Positions 61,634-64,000 of a DNA stretch of 64,000 nt are shown here, in pieces. The notes below the pieces were generated by a model. It saw only the letters and a program-made list of their open reading frames with translations. It did not search any database and was not told where the DNA came from. Source of the stretch: an uncultured Acidobacteriota bacterium. Its GTDB lineage: Bacteria; Acidobacteriota; Thermoanaerobaculia; Multivoradales; UBA5704. Made by a program: the position numbers and the translations under genes. Position 1 is the stretch's first letter. Each line of letters begins with the position of its first letter. The stretch spans positions 1,792,001 to 1,856,000 of the forward strand of contig CAVYRF010000001.1 in NCBI GenBank assembly GCA_963770895.1. The letters run 5' to 3'.

Positions 61634-63595
61634 TCAATCTCCTTGCAGGAAAACGGTCGTATCGTCGCATGGGCGCGCGGGCCTGGCGCCGGCGGGCGGT
61701 GACCTGTGGTCGGGGGCGCCGGTCGCGCCGATCGCGTTCATCGCGACGGTGGCGTCGATGGGGCCGGTCGCATCGTGCGCATCGGTCGCGTTGTGCATGG
61801 CGGCGAGGGGAAGGACGGCGCTGTGCCAGGTTGCCGGGCCGGCCTTGTCGATCGCATCGATCGCGTCGATCGCGTCGAGTTCACCGAGGGCGGCCAGGGC
61901 ACCAAGGGACGCCGGTTGTAGCGGCGGCCGCGCCGGATCGAGCTCGCTCCAGCCGAACCGATGTGCGAGCGCGGCGCCGCAAACGCGCCCCTGGCAGGCG
62001 CCCATGCCGGCACGCGTGTACAGCTTGGCCTGGCGCGGTGTCCAGGCGGCATCCAGGCGCCCCAGCGGCACGTCCTCGCAGCGGCACGCGAGCGTATCGG
62101 ACGTGGCGAGGTGGCGCAGGGCTTGCCGCGGCGCAAACGCCCGGTCGAGCGCGCCGGCCAGCTGCCGCTGCCGGTCGCGGCGACGGGCCAGGGCACGCAG
62201 GCGACGCGGTGCGGGCGGCTGCCCCGCTGCGCAAAGCCCGGCGATCTGGCCGCTGGCCAGAGCCAGGTCCAGGCCGCCGACGCCGGTAGCTTCGCCGGCG
62301 CAGTAGACGCCCGCGACGCTGGTCTGCTGCCGCCCGTCCACCTGCACGGATGGGGGAGTGCCGCCGGTCAGCTCACACCCGAGCAGGCGTGCCAGGCCAA
62401 GGTTGGGCAGCAGGCCGTAGGCGCAGGCCAGCACGTCGCACGCTTCCCGCCAGGTCTTGCGGCCGTCGGTCAGCACCACCTCGCGCACCGCCCCGGCGGC
62501 GCCCGCCGGAGCATCGCCGAAGCCGTCCGCCGGGAAGTCGCCGGCGCCGAGCCCCGGCTGCCTCCCGCCGCGATGCAGGTCCCCGCCCCTACCGGTCGCC
62601 GCCGCGACCCAGACGCCGGTCCGGTAAGGGGTGTGCCAAAACGCGGCGCGATACCGAGCGGCCTGCGCCAGCCGCCGCGGATGCCGCCACAGGCCGGCGG
62701 CAAATCGCGTCACGGCGCCGGCGGGCGCCTGCTCGGCGACCAAGACCAGCCGGGCGCCGGCGCGCGCCAGGCTGGCGGCGACCGGCAGCAGCAGCGGACC
62801 GGAGCCGGCGACGACGACCCGCAGGCCGCCAAAGCGGGCGCCGGACTTGAGCAGCGCCTGGGCGCCGCCGACGCCCACCACGTTGGGCAGCGTCCACCCC
62901 GGAAACGGCAGAAAAAGCTCGCGCGCTCCCGTGGCAAGGACGACCCTCGCGGCATGGATGCGCAGCGGCCGCCCGGCCCGCTCCGCCAGCAGGACCAGAC
63001 CCGGCGCCACGTCCAGCACCGCGGTGTCGCAGAGCGTGACCGCGCCGCTGGCCGCCAGCCGCCGGCACCACCGGCGCGCCAAGTCGGGCGCTGGCACCAG
63101 TGCGCGGCGCCAGATCTGTCCCCCTGGCGCCATCCCCTCGTCGAGCAGCAGGACGCTGGCGCCTGCCTCCGCCGCGCTACAGGCGGCCGCGATCCCGGCC
63201 GGCCCGGCGCCGATCACCACGACGTCCGCCCGCAGAGTGTCCACGGTGTTGGGAAATCGCTGCGCGCTGCATTCGCCGCGTGGCGCGGATGCCGCCGAAC
63301 CGGCCGCGCCGCTTGGTGGCACGGTACCGGCTTCACCGGTGTCGATGGTCATGCCGGGGGCGCAGCGGATCAGGCACGCGCGGCGGTGCGGCTGGCCGTC
63401 GATCGTGACGCGGCACTCGAAGCAGATCCCCATGCCACAGACGGGGCCTCTCGCTTCACCTGTGGCGGAGACACGGAACCGGTGGATGTCAGCGTTCCAC
63501 AACGCGGCGGCAACCGAGGCGCCGGGCTCGACGTCGACTTGGCGGCCATCGATGCGCACGGTGATCAAGCGATGAGAAACCGTCCCGGAGTCCAT
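61634..63595 (-). CDS. Fused 2Fe-2S + FAD/NAD(P) oxidoreductase (HcnA+HcnB-like; D-hydroxyproline dehydrogenase subunits)
   Basis: RGPVCGMGICFECRV..RAC; VVIGAGPAG; LATGARE..PFPGWTLP; ACRCEDV; RAGMGACQGRVCG. Confidence 0.88.
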   Translation of the reverse strand: MDSGTVSHRLITVRIDGRQVDVEPGASVAAALWNADIHRFRVSATGEARGPVCGMGICFECRVTIDGQPHRRACLIRCAPGMTIDTGEAGTVPPSGAAGSAASAPRGECSAQRFPNTVDTLRADVVVIGAGPAGIAAACSAAEAGASVLLLDEGMAPGGQIWRRALVPAPDLARRWCRRLAASGAVTLCDTAVLDVAPGLVLLAERAGRPLRIHAARVVLATGARELFLPFPGWTLPNVVGVGGAQALLKSGARFGGLRVVVAGSGPLLLPVAASLARAGARLVLVAEQAPAGAVTRFAAGLWRHPRRLAQAARYRAAFWHTPYRTGVWVAAATGRGGDLHRGGRQPGLGAGDFPADGFGDAPAGAAGAVREVVLTDGRKTWREACDVLACAYGLLPNLGLARLLGCELTGGTPPSVQVDGRQQTSVAGVYCAGEATGVGGLDLALASGQIAGLCAAGQPPAPRRLRALARRRDRQRQLAGALDRAFAPRQALRHLATSDTLACRCEDVPLGRLDAAWTPRQAKLYTRAGMGACQGRVCGAALAHRFGWSELDPARPPLQPASLGALAALGELDAIDAIDAIDKAGPATWHSAVLPLAAMHNATDAHDATGPIDATVAMNAIGATGAPDHRSPPAGARPARPCDDTTVFLQGD

Positions 63596-63637
63596 GTGTG
63601 TGCGCGGCCGACCGTGCCCCATCCCATCCTGCCGCGG

Positions 63638-64000
63638 TCAGGCCGGCGTGACGCTCGCCGGCGCCGACACTGGCGGCGGCTGCCGGGCGGCCGGCCGGTG
63701 CGGCGCGAAGGGCGCGCAGTCCAGGTGCGGCGGCCGGCCGGCGATCAGGCTGGTGAGCAGGTGGGCGGTGGCGAGGCTGGTGGTGATGCCCAGCCCCTCG
63801 TGCCCTCCGGCAATCCACACACCGGGCATTCCAGGCCAGGCGCCGATCAGCGGCAGGTTGCCCGGCGGCGCCGGACGAAAACCGGTCCAGGTGCGCAGCG
63901 CATGGACCTCGGCCAGAGCGGGCAGGAACGCGACGGCGCCCTGGATCATCCGCGCCAGCAGCGGGCGGTTCAGGCTGGCGTCCCAGCCGACCAGTTCGCG
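63638..64000 (-). CDS. FAD-dependent D-amino-acid oxidoreductase (HcnC/DadA-like), 3' part; gene starts beyond the window
   Basis: RTWTGFRPA, LPLIG, GGHEGLGITTSLATA, FAPHR. Confidence 0.88.
   Translation of the reverse strand, partial: RELVGWDASLNRPLLARMIQGAVAFLPALAEVHALRTWTGFRPAPPGNLPLIGAWPGMPGVWIAGGHEGLGITTSLATAHLLTSLIAGRPPHLDCAPFAPHRPAARQPPPVSAPASVTPA

Noticed and set aside
61634-64000. Hydrogen cyanide synthase hcnABC
   Set aside because: Same protein families, but linkage to the DHDPS-like deaminase fits hydroxyproline/D-amino-acid catabolism better

Overview
High-GC bacterial window. Inferred to be Acidobacteriota, probably Thermoanaerobaculia-like, from the TonB-plug motifs, the PCRxxDTR C-terminal domains and the KLxLxRET precursor leaders. 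It is dominated by secondary metabolism. (1) A 22.8-kb six-module NRPS (ACP-[C-A-T]x6-sulfotransferase-TE; predicted acyl-Ser-Ser-Val/Leu-Ser-X-Ser). (2) A second single-module NRPS with a degenerate C domain. (3) Several RiPP elements: a Nif11 precursor with a probable ABBA-type prenyltransferase, a grasp-with-SPASM cluster with its own precursor, and two orphan class I lanthipeptide-like precursors plus a leaderless variant copy. (4) Two paralogous secreted (CX3C)4 mini-proteins. A DedA-rhodanese gene has an in-frame UGA at a conserved Cys position followed by a SECIS-like hairpin, so it is probably a selenoprotein missed by the ORF track. About 38.4-54.2 kb is an accessory region downstream of tRNA-Leu(TAA). 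It carries a duplicated tRNA 3' half, a HigBA-like TA pair, integrase and IstB remnants, a frameshifted surface-protein gene, and a CHAT + membrane-GAF gene pair between 240-bp direct repeats. The right end is a hydroxyproline-catabolism-type operon. All family calls come from motif recognition, not database searches.
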